Positions 13,749 to 25,615 of a stretch of DNA of 64,000 nt are shown here, piece after piece. The notes below the pieces were generated by a model that saw nothing but the letters and a program-made list of their open reading frames with translations, searched no databases and was not told the DNA's origin. Source of the stretch: Lama glama (Eukaryota); contig CM052818.1 in assembly GCA_028534125.1 (NCBI GenBank), positions 7,442,001-7,506,000 of the forward strand, read 5' to 3'. Made by a program: the position numbers and the translations under genes. Numbering within the stretch: position 1 is the first letter of the stretch; each line of letters opens with the position of its first letter.

Positions 13749-14025
13749 CACAACTTCTTTATCCAATCATCTGTTGATGGACATTTAGGTTGCTTCCATG
13801 TCTTGGCTATTATAAATAGTGCTGCTAAGAACATTGGGGTACATGTATCTTTTCAAATTAGAATTCTATCTGGATATATGCCCAGGAGTGAGATTACTAG
13901 ATCAAAGGGTAAGTCTATTTTTAGTTTTTTAAGGAATCTCCATACTGTTCTCCATAGTGGCTACACCAAACTATATTCCCACCAACAGTGTAGGAGGGTT
14001 CCTTTTTCTCCACACCCTCTCCAGC
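13249..14025 (-). mobile_element. young 5'-truncated L1 (ORF2 C-terminus plus 3'UTR) with 16-bp TSD
   Basis: TSD ATCTTTAATCCATTTT at 13233-13248 and 14026-14041. Minus frame reads [48 protein letters not shown], the L1 ORF2 C-terminus. 3' end reads TTAATTGAAGTATAGTCAG on the + strand. Confidence 0.95.
13716..13746. repeat. (GT)n microsatellite inside L1 ORF2 end
   Basis: Perfect GT run giving HTHTHT in the L1 frame. Confidence 0.95.
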
Positions 14026-14109
14026 ATCTTTAATCCATTTTGAATGTTTTTGTGCCAGCTCCTTTTTTGATCATCCCATTCCTTTCTTTATCTGGAATAC
14101 TTTCTCTGT

Positions 14110-14530
14110 AATGAATCAGGTTGTTCTCATACAGTGAGTTTATTTCTAAGTTCTCTTCCATTCCATTGGAATGATCTCTTTATCTGTCCCACCCCTATCA
14201 ATTCTCCCCTCCTCCAAGTCTTAATTGCTAGAGTTTTATAGCCAGTTCTTGCCATCTGGTAGGTCAAGTCCACTTCCTCCTCCTCCTGTACTTCTCCCTC
14301 TTCAGGATCATCTCTCTTTCTGGACATTTGTCCTTTCATATACATTTTATAAGCAGCTGGGATTTTTCTGCAGAATACCCACAAAATATCCCCATAAAAA
14401 TTTTGATTAAAACTAAGATAAACTCGGGTAAATTGTTCTTAATGATAATGAATCCTCTTATCCTTGAACTTGATTTATCTTTCATCTTGGGGCTTTTTAA
14501 CCTATCTTTTATTGAACTCATATTTTTACA
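14110..14530 (-). mobile_element. very old L1 (L1M-type) ORF2 fragment
   Basis: Degenerate antisense L1 text (TTCCATTGG, TCTGGTAGGTCAAGTCC, TTTCATATACATTTTATAAGCAGCT). Confidence 0.5.
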
Positions 14531-15009
14531 TCAAGGTCAAGACAAGCTTTTAACATTAATATCACGGCTTGGGTTTCCATATTCTATAGATAATATGAGG
14601 GTAGATCTCACCTTATGCACAGTACAACTCCCATTCACCTCTGACTTTGAGTTCTCATTTTGCTTCCGCAACTTGGTGATTTTCCTTTCTTAACTCCATG
14701 CCTAGTTATACATTAAAAACATTTTGATTGTATTTTATCCAGAAGTTCTTAAGTGTTTGGAGTGAGTCAAGGGCTTCCACTTGTATGTGTCTCATCTTTA
14801 GCTGAAGTCCTCCCTAATTCTCCCAATTTCACAAATGAACCACAGCTTTGGAAAGTTTGTGATAGAGATGTTACGACTTTCTGTCATTGGCCATGTCTGT
14901 CTGGGCTAATGTCCATCATTCTCCTTTTGGGCTTCCTTAGTTATATGAATTGTCAACAAGGGCACATCTATTTCTTCAACATTCTGATTACTGTTAAGAA
15001 GCATTTGTT

Positions 15010-15167
15010 GGGTAGGATACAGCTCAGTGGTAGAGCCCATGCTTAGCGTGCACAAGGTTCTGAGTTCAATCCCTAGTACCTCCATTAAAAAATAAATATA
15101 TAAAACCTAATTGCCTCCTCCTCACCAAAAAGAAAGTAAAAAAAAGTTTAAAGATCTTTTAAAATAG
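15010..15167 (+). mobile_element. tRNA-derived SINE, camelid vic-1-like
   Basis: A-box CAGCTCAGTGGTAGAG, B-box GAGTTCAATCC, TACCTCCATTAAAAAAATAAAT body and A-rich tail. TSD AGAAGCATTT at 14997-15006 and 15168-15177. Confidence 0.85.
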
Positions 15168-16669
15168 AGAAGCATTTAATCATAGTAGAAATAAACCTTT
15201 TAACAGCTGACTGTTAAGTTTGCATATATTTTACTAGTCATTTCCTTCATGGATGGAAAAATTCAGAAACATCCGTGGTAATAGCCAATAGCAGAACTTT
15301 TCTAACTGTAGATCACAGGTCTTCATCCTCTCCTCTCTTTTCCCTCCTCATTGTAAACAAAAATGCCCCTTAACCCCACAGGCTATCAGATAAATAGCCA
15401 TCGTGCCAACCTTGCTTGATTCCTTTTAGGACATCTGCGCACCATTAGAAATAATTTGCAGAGCTGTGATCCCAGCCGGCAACTACAATGTCAGTTTTCA
15501 GCAAGTTCTTGCTGAGTAAGAAAACATAGGATTTAACCATGTTGGTAAGAAAGTCAGATGTTTTACTTAGAGGCCACAGCATTGTGTTGCTGGCTGCCTT
15601 CTGCAGAAAAATCCCAGGCAAACCCTTTCTTGAGAGGCTCAGACTCTACAGACCCGCTGTCTCTCCCCAGAACCCAGGACAGTCCAGTGAAATAACTCAC
15701 AGATGAGTTGGGAAAGTTCTCTTAACAGCGAAGGGTAAGCAGAGGACATTTCGCGGAGGATATAAAGCACTGTGCTATCTTGAAGGGAGCAGGAAACAGA
15801 ATTAGAAAACAGACCTCTGTTTCTCAATGGATCTGAGCTAATTTTTGCTCTGTGCATTTAGATCCATTTGGTACCAGAATGAATAGGATTCTAAGGCTGT
15901 TCATGACTCTCAAAAGTATAACAAAAGAGCCCTAAATTCCTGAGACAAGATGACAAATCCTGTTCAAATATAATAATGATACTGGAGTAAAAAAGGAAAT
16001 GAAAAGGGAAATCTCCCGTGGAGGGAGAATACGTGGTGTTTGGAGGAGCAGAGGCTGAAGCAGCCTTGTCTGGCCCCCTCCTCCCTTCCAGGAAAAGAAG
16101 ACAGTCCCCGATCCCGAGGAGAGAATGACAGTGGTTTGGGCTCAGGAGTCTGAAGGGTGTTCATACAGTAGAGTCCCTGCTTCTCTGCAGCCACCAGAGA
16201 GATGTCTCCGTCTTACAGGAGAATAGCTAGGTGGTAAACTGGAGGGCTGGGGAGGATGAGGCGGGGGCGACCTGGGAGCTGGGGCTTCAGGCCACTGCAA
16301 ACACTGCGACCCGAAGCAAGGAGTCAAAGCAGCAGAGCAGCCTCGTCTGAGCACCTGGACAAGGAGCACATCATTGAGTGACCAGTGTCACTAGGGGCCA
16401 AAGAGTCTGCCGGGAAGCTCTGCTCTGCGTGAGGTTCCTCGGACCCTCTCATGACTTGAGGAGAATACTCCAGCCCCAATAATGAATAAGATGTAGAAAG
16501 TAGAAATTTAGGGTAATATGTAATTTGATTTAGAGAGTAATTGGGTAATTTTTGTTCCCAAGTGTGGTATTTGAAATCACATACCAGCCATCAAAGCCAC
16601 TTTTTTTCCTTTGCACTTAGATGCCAGGTATGGAGCTAGTGTTCACAGCCTTCATTCTTTTTTTTTTTT

Positions 16670-16820
16670 AAGACAGAAATGGTCACATTTAATTCTTTCA
16701 AAAAGCAAGATCCAACTATATGCTTCCTACAAGAAATATATTTTATATGTAAAGATACAAAAAGCAATTATATTTTTATAAACTAGCAATGAACAGTTGG
16801 AAATTGAAGTTAAATGATAC
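16670..16820 (+). mobile_element. old L1 ORF2 fragments
   Basis: AAGCAAGATCCAACTATATGCTTCCTACAAGAAA (DPTICFLQE, L1 endonuclease start) and ACTAGCAATGAACAGTTGGAAATTGAAG. Confidence 0.55.
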
Positions 16821-17467
16821 AGACGCCATAGACATTTTAACTCCATCTTTTACTACCTTCTTGGCATACTGGTAACAAATGATTGGAAATTATCATTATC
16901 AAGTGATGGAAAAGCACTTCAAAGCTTAAAGAATAAGTTAATTAGAGAAATTACCAGCTGTCTACAAGTGTGTCAGTTCCATATAACCCTCTTTTGGATG
17001 AATCAAACTGCCCTCACAAATGGTATTGTTTGTTATAACATCTCTTAAGTAAGGAGGCACACACAGTGTTGATTAGCACATCATTAATTCTTAAAAAAAA
17101 TCATTTCAGTGTATGTATTACTATCACTTTAGACATGACTTTGAAGGGGAGGAATGTTGACATCCCACATACTAAAGGGCAAAAATATTTAAACTGTTGA
17201 AAACAAGGCAGTGTGTGGATTTTGTTATGTAAGTAACATAAACTACCTAAAGTAAGTCACATTTCTACTTGTTCTTTGAGTTTGCAAAAATTGCCAGCTT
17301 CTCAGTAAGATAAAAAATAAAAATGAAGAAAAACAATGAGTACCCTCATAGGAGAGGATGAACAAGAGTCAGCAGGATCCTGGGTTTTGGAATGAGCATT
17401 TAGAATGATGACCACACAGGAACTGCCCCCCATCAAAATCAAACACTCTGGTCATGCGACCCCTAGG

Positions 17468-17600
17468 ATCCTCCCCACTTTACAGATGAGGGAAATGAGT
17501 TGCAGAGAGGTTAAGTAGCTGCTTACAGTCACACTGCTGATAATGAAGACAGGAATTGAACTCAAATTCATCTGATTTCCAAGTGTATGAAATTTTATAG
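17468..17600 (-). mobile_element. MIR SINE
   Basis: CCCCACTTTACAGATGAGGGAAATGAG core and GGAATTGAACTCA. Confidence 0.75.
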
Positions 17601-19134
17601 TTGAAGTCAGTCCTTCCCTTTCTCTACCTCCCCATGGTGTTTTGATGACTTTCCTTGAGATTTGACCACTTTCTTTAAGATTGTTCTCCATCAGAAGAAG
17701 AACTGCCTCTTGGACCCCTGCAATGACCTTCCAGATTGGAAGCAAGAGAAACAATCATAGAAGCTGCACTGATATCCCCAGAGTTTTCATTCTGTCTTTC
17801 TGGAAGGAAGGTGGTGGTGGAGGCACACAGAACTACAATATCTTCAGCTTACTGTTCCCCAAATGCCATTTCAGAGCCACTTCCATCCCCCTCTCCTCCC
17901 CGCAGAACCAGCCAGACGTCCTCCCGCCCACCCACCATGTGCTGGCCATGTGCAGTTAAGCTGTCTGTCCCTAGCACCTCAGCGGGGTGGCAACAGCTCG
18001 GTCCTATCAGCAATCAGCTGCAGAAACCCCACTGCTCATCCGCTCCCCTGCATCTTGAGCTAGAAATAGCCCTGGAGTTTCCACGTACCATAAAGAGCAG
18101 AACAGGGGTGGATGTGGGTAATTTTTTTTAAAGCTATTTGGCACAAAATTGTTTTTCTTTTAGGCTGTGTACCTGAATTCTTTCCAGTGTCGATAGACCC
18201 CGTCCACGTTTGGGGAGAGGAAGCCTTATGCTGTTAGCCAGGACGGAGACAAGGGCCGGCAGGCAGCAGCCCCATTGTTGGCCATCCCAACCCCCTTCAT
18301 CTCCAGGGAAACAGGGTGGCTCTTTTCCTCTTGCTGACAGTTTGGGTTTTAGATGTCCTCTTACAAATCTCCCTGCTCTTACTAGGAGACAGCCCTTACC
18401 ACTCTGAGAACTGGATGTACTGGAGTGGGTATAAGGTGGTGGAGAGGTGGGAGGCAGTCAATGGTTCACAGAGTGAGGCCATCAGAGTAAGCAACACTCC
18501 TCCTCTCTGCTTTCTGATTGAATGCTAAGTGTGGGTTCTTTCCACCCTCTCTCATTACTTTATCAGTATTCTTAAGAACGTGAGGATTCCTCACTGGACT
18601 ACCTCCATCCTTGGGACCCCTTTGACATAGCCTCTTGTCAAGGTTCATTGTCAGGAAGAAGAGCTTGCCAAATTCCAGTCTCTACTTACCCCCTTGGCTG
18701 GGTGCCTTGTGCAGGAACAACTTGCACAGCTGTACAAGGAATGCCTTGTCCTCTCTGCCCACCTCCTCCTGCCAGTGTACAGATAGGCATTTCTCACATC
18801 CACTTCTGCTTTCCACGGTCCATTTCCTCAAGGTCAAAGAATCAGCTGCATTCTATATATCCTGTCTCCTGAGCAGTTTTAATCTGAGAGCTACCAGAAA
18901 AGGAAGGGTCCTAGACACCGAGGATCCACACTACAAGGGAGAATTCTTGTTACCAGGTTGTTGGCTCAGGCAACTGTCACAGAGCATGCAATTTTCAAAC
19001 ACTGTGGGACATTAGTCACCTAGCTTTCAAAATGTATTCTTGCCTGAGTCGCCTATAAAATCTCCTTTTGCGGGGTAGGATGTAATAAGGGTTAAGGAAA
19101 AATAGAAGAAAGACAATTGAATAGACTGGAAGAT

Positions 19135-19442
19135 CTTTATTCATTATTTGTTCACCAAATATGTATCAAGTGCCCATAGTGTGCCAGGAACTCTACCAGG
19201 TGCTAAGAGATATAAGAAGGAACAAAAAAGACATGATGCTTGCCCTTATAAAACTGATAAAATGGGGAAGAGAGAGATTGAAAAAAGAATCCCACAAATG
19301 CACATAGTTACAAGCTGTAAATTTTCATGAATGAACAGTACTCACTGCCCTTGAGAACAGAGATTATGTCTTATTTGTCTTATTTCCAATGCTTGTTCCT
19401 CAGTAGGTGCTAAAGAAATATTTGTAGAATCAATGGATGGGT
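19135..19442. mobile_element. two L2 3'-end fragments in opposite orientation
   Basis: Minus copy TTTATTCATTATTTGTTCACCAAATATGTATCAAGTGCCCATAGTGTGCCAGG; plus copy CAGTAGGTGCTAAAGAAATATTTGTAGAATCAATGG. Confidence 0.65.
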
Positions 19443-20117
19443 GGCTGACCATAGGAAAGAATGATTGCATAATATAAGAATCATGTAAAAGTGCATCATT
19501 AATAAGAAGTTGTGAGGATTGAGAGCCAATATTCCTGGGCAATTTTCTCACCTTGGTTATTAAACTTTAATTGTGATCTGAGATTATTAAATCTCTCTGC
19601 AGGTCAGCTGTAAGTTGGAGTGGTACACAGAGTGCTAGGCATGCAGAATCTCCTCACCAGGCCTCGTTTGTTACTCTGAAATTCTCTGACTAAACGTCCA
19701 TTTCTGGCAACCACGTAATTTAAATAGTTTTTCAGTAGGGGGGGCAAACTCTGCTGCAGGTGCTGTGGGATTTCTTTCACCTTTAGTCTTCATAGCCTTC
19801 TTTAGGCTTTCCTTTGGGCTTATGTCATTTTAGTTATCTCTGAAGCTCTGATTTCCTACTTGTTTGGTTGAAGACTCTTTGGTTATAAGATACTGAAGCA
19901 CACTTAAAGGAACTTAAAAAATTGGAATTATAAGGAAAGAGAGGAAATCTCCTAGCAGCCAGTTTAGAAAGGGGATGTAACGATTCTGTCTCTCACTCCT
20001 TCTCTCTCTTTCTTCCCCCACTCCCCACGCCCTGAAACCATGATGCCTCTCATCTCTTCTTTGCTCTGCTTATCTTCTCCATTATCTGTACAGGCTGCCT
20101 TTCTCTGCAAGGTTCTT

Positions 20118-20710
20118 GTTAGGATTACATTGAATCTATAGATCAAATTGGGAAGGACTGACATGGTGACAATATTGAGTCTTCCTATCCATGAACATAG
20201 ATTATCTCTCCATTTATTTAGTTCTTCTTCAATTTCATTCATCAGAGTTTTCTGTATAGATTTTGTACACATTTTGTTAGGTTTACACCTAAGTATTTCT
20301 TTTTGGGAGGAGTGCTAATGTAAATGGTATTGTTTTTGATTCCAGATTCTACCTATTCACTGTTGGGTATATAGGAAAACAATTTTGTATATTAACTTTG
20401 TATCCTGCAAACTTGCTATAATGACTCATTAGTTCCAGGAGTTTTTTAGTTCATTCTTTTGAATTTTCTCCATTGATGGTCATATCATCTGTGAACAAAG
20501 TCAGTTTTATATCTTCCTTCCCAATCTGTACACCCTTTATTTCCTTTTCTTGCATTATTGCATTTGTAAGGACTTTCAGTATGATATTGAAAGTAGTGGT
20601 AAGGGGACATTCTTGCCTTGTACTTGATCTTAGTGGAAAGCATCTATTTCTCACCATTAAACATGATGTGAACTGTAGGGTTTTTGTAGATAGTCTTTAT
20701 CAAGTTGAGG
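20118..20710 (-). mobile_element. L1 ORF2 reverse-transcriptase fragment (old, degraded)
   Basis: Minus frames give [43 protein letters not shown] (cf. L1 LFADDM) and [33 protein letters not shown]. Confidence 0.92.
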
Positions 20711-21276
20711 CAGTTACAGTTTTTTTTAAAAAATGTCATTTTTTTCTGCCTTTAATTAAAATTATTTCAGTTAGCATCTTCCCTCCCTTGGGTTAGGCTA
20801 TTCTCACTGGGTCCAGTGCAAAGGCTGGTTCCTGTCTATTCTTGCCACTCAAGGACCTGCCTACATTCGTGGGGAGTACACCCCATGGGTAAGAAGCTCT
20901 GGAGGCTGGGAGGCTAAGCAGGCAGCCAGTACTGGGGAATGGTGGGGAAGCTGATGCTGAGAGGGGAGTGGGCAGAGCCAAAATTCAAATCAGGTATGGG
21001 AGACTGTGGAGCAAAGTCAGAACCCAGAGATGAGGGCCCTATGTTTAGTAAAACATGGAGGAGCCCCAAGGCAGCTCGAGGGAGGCAAAGAACAAATGCA
21101 GAAGATCAAACTGACAGTGATCAAAGTGGGGAAGAGGAGGCTAAGCAGGTAGGTGGGAGGGCTCACCAACCAGAGGCTGTTTCCCAGGGAAGATTTCTGC
21201 ATGCCTGGGGAGGCAGACCACACTTAATGGGCAAGAGTGAAAGAGCGGGTGGAAGGTGATTAGAGACTGACTAGAG

Positions 21277-22098
21277 CAGTTCTCATTCCTGGCTGCACAT
21301 TTGAATCACTATTTCTTAATATAAAGGCTCCACGCCCCACATCCAGAAATTCTGACTTTTGTTTTTGTCCTAAAGGGAAGAAGAAACTGTTCACAATTTT
21401 AAGAGGTGGGGTGTGTGTGTGTTTGTGTATGTGTGTGTGTGTGTGTGTGTGGTGATGTTTATTTGGCTAACAGATTGGGGAGACCAGTTAGAAAGGTATT
21501 AGGCATGTGACTGAAGAAGAGGTATTTTGCAAAAGCATCCCACACATTTAAAATATGTGGTACGGTTGGGAACCACTGTTCTAAAACAATAGTCTTTAAT
21601 CTTGGCTGCACATTGCATTCAGCTGGGGAGCTTTAAAAACTACTGATGCCCAGACCTCACTCCCCAAAATTCTGATTTCACTGCTTGAGTGTTGCCTGTG
21701 CATGAGGGCTCTTCAAGACACCTCCAGATGTTTCTACAGTGCAGCCAGGGTTGAGAACCACTGCTTTAGAGACTTGCCACTCGAAGTGTGGTCTGAAGAC
21801 CAGCTGTATATATGTCATCTGGGAACTGGCTAGAAATGCAGAATCTCATCCAGGACCTACTGACTCAGAATCTGCATTTTAAGGAGATTCTCTAGGGGAT
21901 TCTTGTATATAAAAGTTTGAGAAGCACTGGTCTAGAGTAGTGAGTCGCAAACTGTGTTCCGTGCAGCAGCAGCAGCAGCGCTTGAGAACTTGTTAAAAAT
22001 GCAAATTCATGGGAGACTCTGGAGTGTTGGAGTTCAAGATTCTGTTTTAACAAGCCATCCAGGTGATTCTGGTGCATGCTAACATTTCAGAACCAAAA
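21277..22098. mobile_element. tandem stack of four MER5-family elements
   Basis: Units 21277-21578, 21587-21763, 21772-21929 and 21938-22098 have (T)GAGAACCACTG-type ends and are separated by 8-bp NTCTAGAN-like spacers. Confidence 0.85.
21410..21451. repeat. interrupted (GT)n microsatellite
   Basis: GT run with two interruptions. Confidence 0.9.
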
Positions 22099-24338
22099 AT
22101 CTAGAGGGATAAAGCAGTATTTCAGATTGAGAATCCACTAGGGAATCTGGCCAGCTGAGTATTCTAGAGTCTTGGGGGTTAGCTCAATACCCTAACCTCT
22201 ATGTATAACTTTGGCTTCCAAATAAAAAAAAACTGAGATGAATAAGTTTGTCTTCTGTGAGACTCACCTTCCTCCCATCTTGGGACACATCCAGTTGGAG
22301 TAGGCTTGACATTATTCTTATGGTCTGGTCTCTCTGATCTCCCACTCAGGATCCCTGCCAGAGGCTACATCGTCTCCTGCTCAAAGACTGACTTGCTGAT
22401 GCGTTTCATATGAAACAAAGAAAAGACGGGGGCAGAGCAAACGGGGAAGGGGAGCAGCACAGCTGTGGAGACTTAAAAGTGCAACCCAAGAACTAAGGAA
22501 GCGAACACCGTCTGCTCACAGGAAGCAGGTATTCTCTGCGGCCCAAATGCACAAAGTGAGATCTGGGGAAGTGGTCTTGTGATTTAGCCAGGCTTTGGGC
22601 AGACAGCAAGCTGTAGTAAAGGAGCAGATTTTGACAAGACAACTGGGAGGGGGCGGGTGGTGGGACTAACATCTCACACCAATGAGATCAAGGGTGGGCT
22701 TTCCTCTGTTTTGTGGATTTTCAAGCAGTGTTCAGAAGGATCTGTAAATGTGCTTCAGGGGCAGGTTAGAGGGCTGAGTCTCCACTGGAGTATTTAATAT
22801 GGTACAGGAAGAAGTTTTATGTCCTCATCATGCTCCTCCCCTAGTAGGAAGCGGCAGCACAGTGGAGGGTGGTCCTTTGGCGAGAGTAAACACAGTGATA
22901 CTTTGTTAGTATAAGAATGTCATGTTAATGGGGATCATATGTTTCTATGATGGGATAATTGAATATTATTTTGAGGTTTGTTCTTGCTATTTTTTTCTCC
23001 CCAATTCCAAGAAGGTAGCTAGGCCCTATGGGGTTCTTTCTGCCAGAAAATTTTCCAAAACTTGGAAAGAGGCAAGAGGGAGTAGTACTAGATGTTAAAT
23101 GCAGTGCTGGACTTGACTTTCTATTTACTAAGGCAATTTTAGAACTCGGTAGAGGTGAGATTAACTTACAGACTTTTACTGAGTAGAGACACAAATAATG
23201 TCTGTCCAGCTGAACAGATAACCACTCTGCAAGGTTATGATTTATGGCCCTGTTAGACATTAACCAGTTGTGTTTCTAATCCAGCAGTCTACGAACTTGT
23301 GCACAGATACGAGATTCTCAAAAGCTCTTTGGACCAGCCTTACCAGTTCTCTCATAAATTGGAGTTGAATGTAATTCATTTTATGTTTACATGAGAGTCA
23401 TGCTTTTTAATCTTTTGAAAATTTTACACTCCTTCAGAAATGGTTTCTATTATAGACAATCTCTCTTTCTGGCTTTTGTTTTTCAAAAGCCTGAGCTGCT
23501 TCTGGGTTTATGCAAAATGGGGAGGAAAATAAAGCAGAAGCTGGGAGACAGAGTTGGGGAGATTCCCCAAGGTCATGTTGACCCCGGGCCCACTCTCCCA
23601 CAGAGTCCTGGGAAAGTAGCAGGATTTCCAGGGGGGAGTACTGAACAGGGCACCTTGGAGGCTGCATCCTAAGCATGGCATTCCCAGTCTCCACAAAGTT
23701 CCAAGTATAGAGCGACAGTTCTGATTAAAGTCACTGGATTGAAGGGGCCTTCAAGGGAGACCTGTGTGAGCTAAGCACTGGAGGGTCAATTAGGCTCTTC
23801 ACACCACCCTGGAGATCTCCAGTAATGACTGAGCTCAAATTTCCCACCAGCCCAGTGGGCCAGAGACAGAATCAGAAGCAAATAAAGCAAATTAATGTGA
23901 TATTTCTCAGGTCCCTGGATAGTGTAATAAGATTCCTGCCTGCTACATTAGCGAGAGAAAGTTTTGTCCTATGACTTCAAAGTGTCTGAAAGGCCCCAGA
24001 ACCCTCCCACAAAGGGGAGAACAGAGCAGCTAGTAGGGAGGTGTCCGTAGTCCCCTGGGGAACCTGATTAGCCTCTTCAAATCCATCACCAATGCTTGAA
24101 AATAGTTCTCACCTCCCTAGGGGGCAGTATCTGGTCTGCTGCAAGGTAGGGTCAATCAAGCTTGTGCATGTGGTCACCATAATTACTCTAGGGTGCTTCG
24201 AGAGAATGCTTGGGAGGGTCCCTTGAGCAAAAATACCAACCTCAGCACCTAAGTCAGAGCTTCATTCCTTCAAATCTTCAGATTTTCAGATTTCAGTACA
24301 CATATTCCTGGGAAACCATGAACCTAAGCATTTGTATT

Positions 24339-24539
24339 TAGTGTTTCTCAGGTGTGTTCAATGAAAATAGTTCAATGCATCAGAATCACCTGGGAAACTT
24401 GATAAAAACGTGTATACCTGCACGCTGCCCCAGACCTGTTGAATCTGCTCCTCCAGGAATGAGAAACGGGGCAGGATGTCTGTACATTTAACAGGTGTCT
24501 TAGGTGATTCTGACACCCTCTCCATTCTGAGACTTTCTG
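24339..24539. mobile_element. MER5-like hAT-Charlie element
   Basis: GCATCAGAATCACCTGGGAAACTTGATAAAAA, CCCCAGACCTGTTGAATC, AGGTGATTCTGA. Confidence 0.7.
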
Positions 24540-24719
24540 GGGTGGAGTTAGAGTAAGGGCAACAATTTGACCATAAGCATGTGGGGCAGGGGCACTATCC
24601 TGGGGGGCCAAATGACACACAAGGAGTGAATAGCCTCCCCTGTCTCTGTAACACCTGTGCGTATGGGCCGATAGCCTTTTCCGTGGAAGAGTGGCCCTAA
24701 CCCCATCAGGCCTTTCAAG

Positions 24720-24883
24720 CCTTGCTGTTCACAGCAGGGTCAGACAGCATCAGTGTCAGTACAGCCCTGGAACTTGTTACAAACTCTGACTCGCATCCCC
24801 TACTCCAGCTCTAGGGACTCAGGATTTGCATTTTAACACAATCCCCTGCTAATTCTCTTGCACATTAAAGTTTGAAAAGCACC
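24720..24883. mobile_element. MER5A1-like element abutting the CpG island
   Basis: TTGCATTTTAACA...GCACATTAAAGTTTGAAAAGCACCG followed by GTCTAAG. Confidence 0.7.
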
Positions 24884-24884
24884 G

Positions 24885-25615
24885 GTCTAAGGCCGGGCGG
24901 GGACACTGAGTGGTTTTGTGTAATAGCAGACGCCCTCTCCGGGGCTCTTGCAGTTCCAGGATCCCTGATCTGCTCCTCTGTGCCCTTCTGTGGCTCAGCC
25001 AGCCTGGGCCTCCCACCCGGCAGCCAGGACCATTTCCCCGTCCCGCTTCGGGCACTCCACCACGAAGGGGAGGTCAGCACGGGGCTGCAGCGTCTCCCTA
25101 GCTCGCCTTCCCGGGCAGCTGGGAGCGATGCCCATCTGCTCCCACGGCAGGGACAGGCGGCTGCAAGACCAGTCCCCTTGGAGTGGCCGAACTGAGAGGT
25201 GGTAAGAGAAAAGAGTGAAATTGCACCGGACCCCTTTGGCTGCAGGCTGTGGAGGCGAGAGAAACAAAGGGGACGCGGGGGTAGAAGCCTCTTCGCCCTG
25301 GCCCTGCAGCCTCCCGCTGGGTTGGCTCCCTCTAAAGTCGGTCCTGGCTGCCCTCCCGCTGCTCAGCGCTCGCCCACACCGTCCTTCCTCTTCAACGACG
25401 TCTGCCAGAAGACTCGTTACTCTGCTCCCAATATGTGGCTGGCCAGGGGCCAGGGTCTGGCTGCCGTCAGACTGACTAACCGCTTAGCCGGAGTGACGGC
25501 TTCCCCTCCGCGCGCGGCGGCGGGCGCCGCCTCTCCGGCCCGTGGGCGTGGCCGGGGCTGCTCCGGTCCCGGGCTCCAAAGGCTTTTTAGCTCCATTCTC
25601 TGTGTGTCACCGCTT
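24885..25615. promoter_or_regulatory. CpG island, probable promoter / first-exon region
   Basis: About 700 bp of high GC with dense CpG (e.g. CCGCGCGCGGCGGCGGGCGCCGCC). SP/KLF boxes GGGCGGGG at 24895-24902 and GGGCGTGGC at 25544-25552. Confidence 0.75.

Noticed and set aside
13396..14033. ORFs with protein-like text near 13.4-14.0, 20.0-20.8 and 58.4 kb
   Set aside because: These are L1 ORF2 remnants or their antisense frames, not host genes.
15010..15085. Possible tRNA gene (also 44918-45004 and 63208-63334)
   Set aside because: The tRNA-like head is followed by a SINE body, A-rich tail and TSDs, and it lacks a complete acceptor stem.
19135..19442. Inverted L2 ends as a miR-28/151-type hairpin source
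   Set aside because: The arms are about 200 bp apart, point outward and are highly diverged.
21269..22106. CRISPR-like repeat-spacer appearance
   Set aside because: Mammalian DNA with no cas genes. The repeats are 8-bp TSDs and the spacers are MER5 transposons.
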